The position numbers and the translations under genes were made by a program. DNA of 64,000 nt, from positions 1,856,001 through 1,920,000 of the forward strand of contig CBDCXR010000004.1 of NCBI GenBank assembly GCA_965223845.1. Direction: 5' to 3'. The stretch comes from Planctomycetota bacterium (GTDB lineage: Bacteria > Planctomycetota > UBA8108 > SXIK01). Below, in pieces: positions 48,451 to 58,457 of the stretch; within the stretch, counting starts at the first letter, position 1; each line of letters starts with the position of its first letter. The notes under the pieces are model-generated. The model searched no databases. It saw nothing but the letters and a program-made list of their open reading frames with translations, and had not been told where the DNA came from.

Positions 48451-49734
48451 ATGCGACTCCCTCCAAGAACCGTTGTGACTCTTCTCGTTCTTCTCGTTTC
48501 GGGCCAGTCGAATGCGGATCAGGCCGGCCGTCGACACGCTGAGAACGATCTTCACGCCCGTCCAGCGATCACCGTCACGGTCGGATTGCGCGACGCAGAC
48601 ATCGTCGGCCGCGACAACCGAGCGCTGCAAGCCGCCGTCGACTATGTCGGCAATCTGGGTGGTGGAGTCGTCGAGATCGGTCCGGGCGAGTATCTCATGC
48701 GCGATTCGCTGCACCTTCGTAGCCGAGTCACCGTTCGCGGCGCAGGGGAGCAGACGGTACTCAAGAAATGCCGCGAGTTCCGATCCGCCCTCGTCGCCGA
48801 TGGGGACTTCGGCGAGGCGGCAATCACCGTCGCCAACACCGACGGTTTTGCGGTCGGCCGGGGCGTCTACGTCGCCTCGAAGAAGCAACGCAATTTTCAT
48901 GGAGTGTGTGCGACGATCCTCAACGCCCGCGAAAACTACTTCACCCTCTCGCGGGCGATGAACGCGGACATCATGGTCGCCGACGGGGGTTTCGCCGCGA
49001 CGGTCTTTCCGGTGATCAGCGGTTACCACCTGCAAAGTGCCCGGGTGGAAAAGCTGACGGTCGACGGAAACCGAGACGAGAACCCGACGAAGGTCGACGG
49101 CTGCCGCACCGCGGGCATCTTCCTCTATCGCGGCGACAACTGCGTCATCAGCGAATGTGTCGTGCGGGGATACAGCGGAGACGGCATCAGCTTCCAACAA
49201 TCCAATGATGTGAAGGTGGACCGCTGCATCGTCGAGCGGTGTGCGGGTTTCGGTCTCCACCCGGGCAGCGGCTCCCAGCGGCCCTCGGTCACGAACTGCC
49301 GGGCTCTGCGAAATGACGAAGACGGGTTCTTTTTTTGCTGGCGCGTACGCGGCGGTATCGCGGAAGGGAACTGGCTCGAGGAGAACGGCGGCTACGGCAT
49401 GTCGATCGGGCACAAGGACACGGACAACATCGTGCGCAAGAACACGATCGTCGGCAATCGGCGGGGAGGTGTTTACTGGCGCGCCGAGAGCCGAGCGATG
49501 GCAGCTCACCGCATCACGTTCGAGGAGAACACCGTTCGCGACAACGAAGGCTGGGGCCTCTTCGTGGACGGGGTGACCCAGGACACGGTCATTCGGCGAA
49601 ACACGATCGAAGACACGGGCGACGGGCGTCAGAAGATCGGGATCCGCATCGGCCGAAAGGTCGGTGCCGTGACGCTCGATGAAAATTCGGTCCGGGCTCC
49701 CCAACCGCTCGCCGACGAACGAGAGAAGCGCTGA
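48451..49734 (+). CDS. Secreted right-handed parallel beta-helix protein (pectin-lyase fold)
   Basis: Signal peptide; LQAAVD..GGGVVEIGPGEY N-cap; repeated N..N...G strands. Confidence 0.88.
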   Translation: MRLPPRTVVTLLVLLVSGQSNADQAGRRHAENDLHARPAITVTVGLRDADIVGRDNRALQAAVDYVGNLGGGVVEIGPGEYLMRDSLHLRSRVTVRGAGEQTVLKKCREFRSALVADGDFGEAAITVANTDGFAVGRGVYVASKKQRNFHGVCATILNARENYFTLSRAMNADIMVADGGFAATVFPVISGYHLQSARVEKLTVDGNRDENPTKVDGCRTAGIFLYRGDNCVISECVVRGYSGDGISFQQSNDVKVDRCIVERCAGFGLHPGSGSQRPSVTNCRALRNDEDGFFFCWRVRGGIAEGNWLEENGGYGMSIGHKDTDNIVRKNTIVGNRRGGVYWRAESRAMAAHRITFEENTVRDNEGWGLFVDGVTQDTVIRRNTIEDTGDGRQKIGIRIGRKVGAVTLDENSVRAPQPLADEREKR

Positions 49735-49846
49735 ACACGCCGACGCCGATCGTCAGATTTGAAGCCTGGTCGCGACTTCTCGAGGACATGAGCGAAGGCC
49801 TGGCGCGGCTACCAGATCGAAAAGCGACGCGTCCGACTACGCGCAG

Positions 49847-51052
49847 TTACCGCCGCCGTGACGAGTCCTGGCTGCGCTGCTGGGCGGCGCGACGGATTTT
49901 TGTTCTCGCGTCGTCCAGTCGTTTCGGCCACTCGAATCGCGGAGCCTTGGAGGGGTCGTAGCCTTTCAAGTGTCCCTTGATTCGCGTGACTGGCTTGGTG
50001 TAGCGAAGCTCGGTGTCGCCGAACACCTCGCGGCAAATCGCCGCGAGGCGAGGATCGTAATCGACGAGCTCCTCGCGCGTGTCCACATGATTGTGGTCGT
50101 GGTCGTTCGTGCGATTGTTGTCGAACCACGACTGCACCCCCTCCGCGAAATACTCGTGGTGATTGACACTGGCGTACTTCCCTTTCCAGAGCCCCTCCGC
50201 CATCGCTGCGTCGTACGCCGCCTTGAGCCGCCGGTCGAACGTCGGATCCACGTTGACCATCCCGCGCAGGTGGATGTTATGGGCGAGCTCATGGATCAGG
50301 ATGCACTCGGCGGCGTACGGATCGCCCGGATAGCCGAGCAGGTTCTCTTCGGCGCACGAGCAGAACGGGTCGGTCAGACTGCCGCCCATACCGCGCGCAC
50401 GCGCGTCGCGATAATTGCGCGGCGATACATCGGGGAAGCCCTTCACCGGACGATTCGCCAGCCGGGCCCATTCGGGCTGGTCCGTCGTGAATTCGTTCCA
50501 GGCCAAGATGCAAAGACGCGCACCGCTCTGGATCATCGCCTCGCGCACGTCGGGACGCTTGGCGAGCATAAGGTTCACGAGGTAGGCGGCCTCCTTGAGC
50601 GCGTACGGATTGACGTTCGCCGACGCCACAATGGGAAAACCGCCCGCGCTTACACGCTGCGTGTAGAACGCCGGCACCCCGTCCCTGTCGGGCGGATCGA
50701 ATCGTAATGCTTGAACCGGTACGAGACTGGTTACCGTGGCCTCGGTGCTGTCCTTCCGCCCCACGACCGCGAATCGGTGCCCGAGCGTGGTCCTGATGAT
50801 CGTGTTCTCCCCTGGCTCCACCGTCCCATTCGACACCCGGTCACCATCCGGCCGGATCCAGTAGACGTCGATGGCTTGACGGCTACCGTTGATGATCTGC
50901 AGCGCGGGACGCAGCGCGGTATCTGCCTCCGGTCCGTTTCGGGTCGATGCAGCGTGGTTCGGTGGAGTCGCCTCCGCCGCGGCGACGTTGGCGATCCGGC
51001 TCGCGAGGGTAATCGCGGTCAGGAACAACAGAGAGAGGGACGTCGTCTTCAT
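49847..51052 (-). CDS. Secreted protein: VHL-beta-like domain + zincin metallopeptidase-like domain
   Basis: IINGSRQAIDVYWI..DG..GTVEPG..TTLGHRF (VHL-like); ILIHELAH plus EYFAEGVQSWF (HExxH and downstream Glu). Confidence 0.82.
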   Translation of the reverse strand: MKTTSLSLLFLTAITLASRIANVAAAEATPPNHAASTRNGPEADTALRPALQIINGSRQAIDVYWIRPDGDRVSNGTVEPGENTIIRTTLGHRFAVVGRKDSTEATVTSLVPVQALRFDPPDRDGVPAFYTQRVSAGGFPIVASANVNPYALKEAAYLVNLMLAKRPDVREAMIQSGARLCILAWNEFTTDQPEWARLANRPVKGFPDVSPRNYRDARARGMGGSLTDPFCSCAEENLLGYPGDPYAAECILIHELAHNIHLRGMVNVDPTFDRRLKAAYDAAMAEGLWKGKYASVNHHEYFAEGVQSWFDNNRTNDHDHNHVDTREELVDYDPRLAAICREVFGDTELRYTKPVTRIKGHLKGYDPSKAPRFEWPKRLDDARTKIRRAAQQRSQDSSRRR

Positions 51053-51433
51053 GTTGGCTCCGGGTCACGGCGTTCCGGTTTCTCGGGCAGGGAAGACGAT
51101 CATTCTACCGTCCGGTACAGTCCCCGCGACGCAAACCCTCTGGATCGTCGGCTCGATCGTGGCCGGTTCGAATCGCGATTCCCCCTCTCGAGAAGCGTCC
51201 GTTTAAGCGCTGCTAACGGGAACCGCGATCAGCGTCGGGAGTAAGTGCACACCCTCTGGTAGACTACGGATCTGGCGACGGCAAGGTCATGGGTACAGAC
51301 GCCGAGTTTCGAATCCGCATTCCAAACCTCGAGAGATCGCGGCGTGTTCTTCGTCTCCACGTTCAGGGCTTCTGCGCTCGGAACGCCGTCATTTGTCACT
51401 AGACATCACCCCTTACGAGTGCGGAGCTCGACC

Positions 51434-53065
51434 GTGCGGCAAACAGAACGCGGGGTCATCGCCCGGACGCGGCTAGCCTCCGTGGCGCTGATTCTCCTGG
51501 CAGCGTGCCGATCAGAGCGAGAGACCGTCGCAGACGGAATCGCTCCCGCCGAGAGCGTTCCTTCCAGGCCCAACGTCCTCTTCATCTCCCTGGATGATCT
51601 GAACGACTGGGTGGAACCTCTCGGAGGTCATCCGCAGGCGCGCACGCCGAACCTCGCTCGTCTCGCCCGTCAGTCGGTCAACTTCACCCGTGCCTACTGC
51701 ACCAGCCCCGGCTGCAATCCCTCTCGCACGTCCATCATGACCGGGCTTGCACCGCACACCTCCGGCGTCTACTCCAACTACCAGGACTGGCGCGAGGCCA
51801 TCACCGAGTACACCTCGCTCGGGAAGTACCTCCGCGATCACGGCTACTACTCGGCGGGAGCGGGCAAGATCTACCACTACCACATGGTGGATCCGTCCTG
51901 CTGGGACGACTACTGGCCGTCCCAGGAGAAGAATATGCCCGACGAGTACCTTCCCCCTGCCCGGAGGAAGGAGACAGAGATCGACGGCTCGAGTGAAAAA
52001 GTTCCGCAGACGGTCCATATGCCCGCGTTCGAGAACATGTACATGATGTTCGATTGGGCTTCCCTCGAGATCGATGATCGAGAGATGGGAGACTACAAGA
52101 GCGTCGAGTACATCACCGGACAGCTGCAGAAGGTCCATCAGAAGCCGTTTTTCCTGGCGTGTGGAATCTATCGCCCTCACCTCCCGTGGTACGTGCCGAG
52201 GAAGTACTTCGACATGTTTCCGCTGGAGTCCGTGCGGCTTCCGGAGGTCCTCGATGGAGATCTGGACGATCTGAGTGATCGCGCCCGGGACATCGCCGGC
52301 CGCGGCGGCGGATATCACCGGCACGTTTTGGCCGCGGGGCAGTGGAAGCGGGCAGTCCAGGGGTACCTGGCGTCCATCGCGTTCGCCGACGCCATGCTGG
52401 GTCGGCTTCTCGACGCCCTCGAAAGAAGCCCGCACGCCGACGACACCATCGTCGTCCTCTGGTCCGATCACGGCTGGCAGCTCGGCGAGAAGGAGCACTG
52501 GCGCAAGTTCGCCCTGTGGGAGAACGTCCTCCGCACCGTCTTGATGGTCAAGGCGCCTCCGGGGACCCGGGGCCTGCCCGAGGGATCTCGATCAGGAGAG
52601 AGCTGCGAGCGCGTGGTGTCTCTTCAGGACATGTATCCCACCATTCTCGACCTCTGCGGCTTGCCTCCGCGAACAGGCATCGACGGGCGCAGCCTCGTTC
52701 CACTCCTCCGTGACCCGCAGGTCGAATGGGGCCATCCGGCGATCTCGTCCTACGACTTCGGCGAGTTTTCCGTTCGCACCGAACGATGGCGCTACACCCG
52801 ATTGATCGACGGCAGCGAGGAGCTCTACGACCACGACAAGGATCCCGAAGAGTGGACCAATCTGGCAAATGACCCTCGACTCGAGGAGGTCAAGGCTAAG
52901 CTCGCCCGACACATTCCCCGAAATCCGGCTCCGCTGAAGCAGACCTCGCAGAAGCTCAGCCTGCATCACTTTCCGCCGTTTCGATCCCGAGCGGAGTACG
53001 ACGACTGGCTGAAGCACGGGAAGGACACCCGCTACCTGATCGAAACCTACTGGCAGCAGGAATAG
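51434..53065 (+). CDS. Cys-type sulfatase (iduronate-2-sulfatase/choline-sulfatase-like), probable lipoprotein
   Basis: LILLAAC lipobox; PNVLFISLDDLND, CNPSRTSIMTG, GKIYH, RPHLPW, SDHG..GEKEHWRK. GTG 51434 follows GGAG. Confidence 0.93.
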   Translation: MRQTERGVIARTRLASVALILLAACRSERETVADGIAPAESVPSRPNVLFISLDDLNDWVEPLGGHPQARTPNLARLARQSVNFTRAYCTSPGCNPSRTSIMTGLAPHTSGVYSNYQDWREAITEYTSLGKYLRDHGYYSAGAGKIYHYHMVDPSCWDDYWPSQEKNMPDEYLPPARRKETEIDGSSEKVPQTVHMPAFENMYMMFDWASLEIDDREMGDYKSVEYITGQLQKVHQKPFFLACGIYRPHLPWYVPRKYFDMFPLESVRLPEVLDGDLDDLSDRARDIAGRGGGYHRHVLAAGQWKRAVQGYLASIAFADAMLGRLLDALERSPHADDTIVVLWSDHGWQLGEKEHWRKFALWENVLRTVLMVKAPPGTRGLPEGSRSGESCERVVSLQDMYPTILDLCGLPPRTGIDGRSLVPLLRDPQVEWGHPAISSYDFGEFSVRTERWRYTRLIDGSEELYDHDKDPEEWTNLANDPRLEEVKAKLARHIPRNPAPLKQTSQKLSLHHFPPFRSRAEYDDWLKHGKDTRYLIETYWQQE

Positions 53066-53360
53066 TTCGGCCGGCGCAACTCGGCGTTTCGAGGGGAGAC
53101 GCCGGACGAGAAGTCCTTCGGGACGGTTGCCGCGTTCCCGATAGCCTCGCGGCAAAGAGGAAGGGAGCTCGCGTGGTCCGGCTACCCAAGGAGGGCATGA
53201 AGTCGCGAGTGTCGAGAAGCGGTGGGGGAGTCATTGATCCGAGTGTCCGAGGGCGATCTGCTGCGTCAAGCGACTTGTTCCGTGCGATAGAGTCCGAAAC
53301 GTCGCGAGGCAAAACACGGCGGAGGTGACGAAAGGATCGCCGGTATGCGATCATGCCGGC

Positions 53361-54428
53361 ATGACGACTCCGACTCCCGGCGGCCCGGTACGCGTCGCTC
53401 TCTTTCGAGAAGTCGACGGCGGCTTCGATCTGTCCGAAAGAGAGATGCGCCCACTGCGCACCGGCGAAGTCGCCGTGCGGGTCAAGCTCTGCACGATCTG
53501 CGGAAGCGACCTCCACACGTACTACGGACGGCGCTCCGCCCCGACTCCCTGCGTGCTCGGACACGAGATCGTCGGTGAAGTCACCGCCGTTTGCGGTGAA
53601 CCCGAGTACTGGAATACGACGAGGAGGATCCGCGCCGGCGAACGCGTCACGTGGTGCTTGGCCGTCTCGTGCGGCGCCTGTACGAACTGCGGCAGAGACT
53701 TGCCGCAGGCGTGCGAGTCGCTGCGCAAGTTTGGCCACGAGCGAGACGGCGAAGCGAGCGGACTCATGGGTGGACTCGGCGAGGCCTGCATTCTCCCGCG
53801 AGGAACGGCTGTCTTCCCCGTTCCGCCGGAGCTGAGCGACGAAGCCGTGGCTCCCGCCAACTGCGCCGTCGCGACGGCGGCGGCCGCCATCCGCTCGACG
53901 GGAGCGGAGCTCGCGGGCGCCCGTGTCGTCGTCCTCGGCGCGGGCATGGTCGGAACGTCGCTCTGCGCGATTGCAAAGTCACGCGGCGCGAACGTCGCCG
54001 TCGTCGATTCGCGTCCTCAGAGACGAGAGCAAGCAGTGGCGTTCCGGGCGGATGAGGCCCATGACATCGACGAAGCAGTCAAGGAAGCCGACTTCGTCTT
54101 CGAAGCCTCCGGCGCGGCGGCTGCCGTGGATTCGTCGCTCGACCGGCTCCGGGTGGGTGGTCAAGTCGTCCTCGTCGGATCCGTTCTTCCCTCGCCGGGC
54201 TGGACGATCGATCCGGAGTCGCTCGTACGGCGCCACGCGACGATTCGCGGTGTGCACAACTACACCCCTCGAGACCTTAACGCGGCGATGGAGATTATGG
54301 CAGAATCAGCGACGAGCGTTCCGTGGCATCGGGCCGTCGGGGCGACATATCCGCTCGAAGACGTCCAGCGCGCTTTCGTGCACGCTTCTCGTGGCGAGGA
54401 ACTGCGGATCGGAGTTCGCCCGCAATGA
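53361..54428 (+). CDS. Zinc-binding alcohol dehydrogenase, phosphonate-catabolism-associated type
   Basis: CTICGSDLH, GHEIVG, CGACTNC..C, GAGMVG, RGVHNY; adjacent to DUF5690 and PhnZ. Confidence 0.88.
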   Translation: MTTPTPGGPVRVALFREVDGGFDLSEREMRPLRTGEVAVRVKLCTICGSDLHTYYGRRSAPTPCVLGHEIVGEVTAVCGEPEYWNTTRRIRAGERVTWCLAVSCGACTNCGRDLPQACESLRKFGHERDGEASGLMGGLGEACILPRGTAVFPVPPELSDEAVAPANCAVATAAAAIRSTGAELAGARVVVLGAGMVGTSLCAIAKSRGANVAVVDSRPQRREQAVAFRADEAHDIDEAVKEADFVFEASGAAAAVDSSLDRLRVGGQVVLVGSVLPSPGWTIDPESLVRRHATIRGVHNYTPRDLNAAMEIMAESATSVPWHRAVGATYPLEDVQRAFVHASRGEELRIGVRPQ

Positions 54429-54501
54429 GAGTCCGACGCTGCAGGGGTGAACTCGCACTCCGGCCGACACCCACCCTCCGGCTCGAGCTATCCTGAGCGC
54501 G

Positions 54502-55809
54502 ATGCACGAAGAGAACGAGCCGACGAAAACCGGACAGCTCTTTGCCGCGGCCGTAGCGGCGTTCTGCACGTACTTCTGCATGTACGCGTTTCGAAAGCCG
54601 TTCACCGCGGCGACGTTCGACGGCCAGGAGATGTTCGGCCTCGACTACAAGGGCGTCCTAATCATCGCGCAGATCTTCGGCTACATGCTTTCGAAATTCA
54701 TCGGGATCCGCGTCGTCTCGGAAATGCGTCGCGAGTACCGAGCGGCGACAATTGTCGGCCTCATTCTTTTCGGTGAGGCCGCACTGGTCGGGTTCGCGTA
54801 CCTGCCTCCGATGTGGAAAATCGGGATGCTCTTCTTGAACGGCTTGCCGCTCGGGATGGTCTTCGGCCTCGTGCTCGCTTACTTGGAAGGGCGCAAGCAA
54901 ACCGAGGCGCTGTCGGCGGTCCTGTGCGCGAGCTTCATCGTGTCGTCGGGAGTCGTCAAGAGCGTCGGGCGTTGGTTGCTCGACGCGCAGGGCGTCGATG
55001 AGCACAAGATGCCGATGATAGCGGGCGCTCTCTTCCTAACGCCGCTCTTCGTGTCGGTGTGGGTGCTTTCTCGAACACCACCGCCCGACGCATCCGACCG
55101 CCTCGAGCGCCGGGAACGACCGACGATCGATCGAGCCGAGCGGCGGCGTTTCCTCGCCACGTATCTTCCCGGGATCGTCTTGCTCGTCGCGGTCTACGTC
55201 TCGCTGACGGTTGTTCGCACCATCCGCGACGACTTCGGTGTCGAGATCTGGCGGGAGCTCGGCGTCGAAAAGAAGCCCGAAGTCTTCGCGACGTCCGAAA
55301 CCATTGTGGCGATGTGCGTCACGGCACTCAGCGCCGTCGCGATCTGCATCCACAAGAATTTGACGGCGATTCGCTGGTCCGTCTGGCTCATGTGCGCGGG
55401 ATTCGCGCTCGTCACGGCGTCGGCCTTGGCGCAATCCTCCGGCGTCGCGACTCCACTCGCGTTCATGGTCGCCAGCGGCATCGGTCTCTACGTGCCCTAC
55501 GTGCTCTTTCATACTACGATCTTCGAACGGATCATCGCGGCGTCCACTCTCCCGAGCAATCTTGGCTTTTTGATGTACGTCGCCGACGCCATGGGCTACC
55601 TGGGGTACTCGGGGGTCGTCGTCGTCAAGTCGTACTTGGACTACGCCCAAGAGGACGTTTTGTTGTTGCCGGCTTTTCGCACGATCCTCTTCGTGTCGGC
55701 CGCCGGGTCGATCGCCGCGCTGATCACGGCTTACGTGTATCTACGACGCAAGCTGGACGATCGTCATGTCTCGACGAACGACGATCGGGCTTCGGAGAGC
55801 GCGCGCTGA
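54502..55809 (+). CDS. DUF5690-family MFS-like transporter
   Basis: AFCTYFCMYAFRKPF, GYMLSKFIGI, NGLPLGMVFG..YLEGRK, RTIRDDF, NLGFLMYVAD; multiple TM helices. Confidence 0.85.
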   Translation: MHEENEPTKTGQLFAAAVAAFCTYFCMYAFRKPFTAATFDGQEMFGLDYKGVLIIAQIFGYMLSKFIGIRVVSEMRREYRAATIVGLILFGEAALVGFAYLPPMWKIGMLFLNGLPLGMVFGLVLAYLEGRKQTEALSAVLCASFIVSSGVVKSVGRWLLDAQGVDEHKMPMIAGALFLTPLFVSVWVLSRTPPPDASDRLERRERPTIDRAERRRFLATYLPGIVLLVAVYVSLTVVRTIRDDFGVEIWRELGVEKKPEVFATSETIVAMCVTALSAVAICIHKNLTAIRWSVWLMCAGFALVTASALAQSSGVATPLAFMVASGIGLYVPYVLFHTTIFERIIAASTLPSNLGFLMYVADAMGYLGYSGVVVVKSYLDYAQEDVLLLPAFRTILFVSAAGSIAALITAYVYLRRKLDDRHVSTNDDRASESAR

Positions 55810-55810
55810 C

Positions 55811-56362
55811 GTGCCAACGGTAGACGAGGTCCTGCTGCTGTTCGAACGACGTGGAGACTCCCTCTACGGGGGAGAGGCCGTCACGCAACTCGAGCACGCG
55901 CTCCAGTGCGCGATGATCGCCGAGAACGAAGGAGCCTCGTCCGACCTGATCGCGGCGGCGCTGCTTCACGATGTCGGCCATCTTCTCCACGACCTGCCGG
56001 ACGACGCTCCCGATGAAGGCGTCGACGACAGCCACGAGACATCGGGGCACGCGTTTCTCCGCGAGCGATTTCCGCCGTCGGTCACCGAGCCGGTGCGCCT
56101 GCATGTAGCGGCGAAGCGCTACCTCTGCGCGGTCGAGGAGGCTTATCGGGTCGCGCTCAGCCCGGCGTCGGTCGTCAGCCTCGAGCTTCAGGGCGGCCCC
56201 ATGAGCCCGGAAGAGGTCGAGGCGTTCGACTCGGACGGGTACGCTGGCGACGCGCTTCGACTCCGACGCTGGGACGACGCGGCGAAAGTCCCGGATCTCC
56301 GCACACCCTCACTCGAGCACTTCGCGGCGTATCTACGACGCGTCGCCTTTCCTCCGAAGTGA
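55811..56362 (+). CDS. phnZ: HD-domain diiron oxygenase, PhnZ-like (C-P cleavage)
   Basis: YGGEAVTQLEHALQ, AAALLHDVGH, HE, PVRLHVAAKRYL, LS.AS..SL..QGGPM, LRRWDDAAK. GTG 55811 directly after the transporter stop. Confidence 0.88.
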   Translation: MPTVDEVLLLFERRGDSLYGGEAVTQLEHALQCAMIAENEGASSDLIAAALLHDVGHLLHDLPDDAPDEGVDDSHETSGHAFLRERFPPSVTEPVRLHVAAKRYLCAVEEAYRVALSPASVVSLELQGGPMSPEEVEAFDSDGYAGDALRLRRWDDAAKVPDLRTPSLEHFAAYLRRVAFPPK

Positions 56363-56565
56363 TGCGGTCCGCATGTCGGGATCTCATCCGGTCGAGACAC
56401 TCGAAGTCGCTCCAGTGGCTCGACTTCCGAAGTCGTCTTCCGGACGAGCGAAGACTACCGTCCAATCGCTGTTTCTCCGCGACTCGGGTGATTTTCCTTC
56501 TGTAACGCCCGAGCGTTTCATCTCCGATGAGGACATCAGCGGACAAGAGGCGTTACTGAGCTCAC

Positions 56566-57447
56566 ATGAAGATCGTCGACCAGGGAAAACGGATCGCACT
56601 CGCCGCCGGATTCCTCCTCATCGTTTTGGGGGTGACGATTCTTGTCAGCTTCCGCGGCGAGATTCGAGAGTGGTACGAGTTCCGCCAGATCTTCGAGAGC
56701 CTGGGAAAGAACGAGCAGGGTCTCCCGGAATACAGACACAAGAACACGGGGATCGTGTTCGTCAGTCTTCCGGGCGGGACATTCTCGATGGGTAGCCCGG
56801 GAACCGAAACGAGACGGATGGACACGGAAGGCCCGGCTCATGAAGTTCAGTTGAACGCGTTCCTCATCGCCAAGTACGAGGTGACGCAGGAGATGTGGGA
56901 GAAGGTGATGGGGAACAACCCGTCGCGCTTCAAGGGGCAGAAGCGGCCCGTCGATCAGGTGTCGTGGAACGACTGCCAGGAGTTCTGCACGCGGAGTGGT
57001 CTCTCCCTGCCGACCGAGGCGCAATGGGAGTACGCCTGCAGAGCGGGGACGCAGACTCCTTTCTGGTTCGGTGCGATGATCACAACGGATCAAGTGAACC
57101 ACGACGGCAGCGTTCCCTACGGCGGAGGGAAGAAAGGGATGAAGCGCGGGGCGACGCTCCCCGTCGATGCCCTGAAGCCGAACGGATTCGGATTGTACAA
57201 CATGCACGGGAACCTGTGGGAGTGGTGCGTCGACTCGTTCGATGCGAGGTTTTATTCGAAGCCCGAGGCGCTCGAGAAAGACCCCGTTTGCACATCGGGC
57301 TGGCCCACGAGTTCCGAAATTCGGGTTATCCGTGGCGGCGGCTGGGGTAACTATGCCGAAGACTGCCGCTCAGCACGGCGGAGCGACCGCTTGCAGCGCA
57401 TCCCCGGCGACCACGTCGGCTTCCGTCCCGTGTGGCCGCCGCGGTAG
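56566..57447 (+). CDS. Membrane-anchored FGE-sulfatase (SUMF1) domain protein
   Basis: TM; PGGTFSMGS, EGPAHEV, KYEVTQ, LPTEAQWEYACRAG, NGFGLYNMHGNLWEW, RVIRGG, GFRP. Confidence 0.92.
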   Translation: MKIVDQGKRIALAAGFLLIVLGVTILVSFRGEIREWYEFRQIFESLGKNEQGLPEYRHKNTGIVFVSLPGGTFSMGSPGTETRRMDTEGPAHEVQLNAFLIAKYEVTQEMWEKVMGNNPSRFKGQKRPVDQVSWNDCQEFCTRSGLSLPTEAQWEYACRAGTQTPFWFGAMITTDQVNHDGSVPYGGGKKGMKRGATLPVDALKPNGFGLYNMHGNLWEWCVDSFDARFYSKPEALEKDPVCTSGWPTSSEIRVIRGGGWGNYAEDCRSARRSDRLQRIPGDHVGFRPVWPPR

Positions 57448-57725
57448 AGTTCATCATCGTTGTCGTCGGTGTTCGCTGAGACGGCCGCGAAGAGCTCTGC
57501 TCACGAACGGCCGCGGCGCAGTGCGGGTGCGCCGACGGGCCGAAACGCCGGCGCGACGTCACGCCGGCGACGACGAGAACGATTCGGTGAGCTTGTCGAT
57601 CGCCGAAGCGCGACTCGCATTCGAGCGTGAATCGCGAGCTCTCAGATGGCAGCATATCCGGCTCGCAACGACGTCCGAGGCGAAGGCGCACCCCTTCTCG
57701 CCACAATGCGCGCAGTTTTTTTCCG

Positions 57726-58310
57726 ATGAACGACCATCCGATCAGCGACGTTCCAGTCTCGATCCCAGCCATCGAGGCGGACACTCAAGCCATCGGCTTC
57801 TCGATGGCTTCCGACCGTCAAACCGGCGCACTCCTTCGTACTCTCGCCGCGACGAAACCAGGGGGAAGGATCATCGAGCTCGGCACGGGGACGGGTCTTT
57901 CAACCGCGTGGATTGTCGACGGCATGGACGCGGAGGCGACACTGGACACTGTCGACAACGACGCGGCGCTCGTCGACATCGCACGCCGGCACTTGGGCGG
58001 GGATGAGCGAGTTCGGTTTCACGTCGAGTGCGGTGAGGAGTTCATCGATCGCCGCGAGCCGAAGTGCGCGGATTTCATCTTCGCGGATACGTGGCCCGGG
58101 AAGTACCACCACCTCGAACAGGCGCTCGAACTCTTGGCCCCAGGGGGGCTCTACGTCATCGACGACATGCTGCCGCAGCCTGACTGGCCCGAGGACCATC
58201 GACCGAAGGTGCCGCTTCTCATCGAGACGTTGGAATCGCGCCGGGATCTTGTGCTCACGAAGCTGAACTGGTCGACAGGGATCATCGTCGCGGTCAAAAG
58301 GCGGCGGTGA
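57726..58310 (+). CDS. Class I SAM-dependent (O-)methyltransferase
   Basis: IIELGTGTGLS motif I, DFIFADTW, LAPGGLYVIDDM. Confidence 0.9.
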   Translation: MNDHPISDVPVSIPAIEADTQAIGFSMASDRQTGALLRTLAATKPGGRIIELGTGTGLSTAWIVDGMDAEATLDTVDNDAALVDIARRHLGGDERVRFHVECGEEFIDRREPKCADFIFADTWPGKYHHLEQALELLAPGGLYVIDDMLPQPDWPEDHRPKVPLLIETLESRRDLVLTKLNWSTGIIVAVKRRR

Positions 58311-58457
58311 TCGCGCCTCGCGGAGGAAGACGTCGAGTCGGCTCTCGTCCCTACCCAGATTCGAGCGGACGGAAGGGCGAGAGCGAACTCGGTTCGACCG
58401 GTGAATCCTTGCGCTTCCCTGCCTTCACTCGAGGCGCCACGCCCTCCGAAGAATGAA

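Noticed and set aside
51060-51430. Intergenic segment containing TTCGAATCC, considered as a tRNA T-loop
   Set aside because: No cloverleaf or acceptor stem could be built around it.
51434-53065. Apparent codon-usage shift suggesting horizontal acquisition (also 21171-22259 and 56566-57447)
   Set aside because: Impression only and not quantified; no flanking mobility genes or direct repeats.
53066-53360. Pho box upstream of the phosphonate genes
   Set aside because: No convincing 11-bp-spaced GTCA(T/C) direct repeats.
47415-57447. Diversity-generating retroelement targeting the FGE-fold genes
   Set aside because: No reverse transcriptase and no template/variable repeat pair with adenine-specific mismatches in the window.
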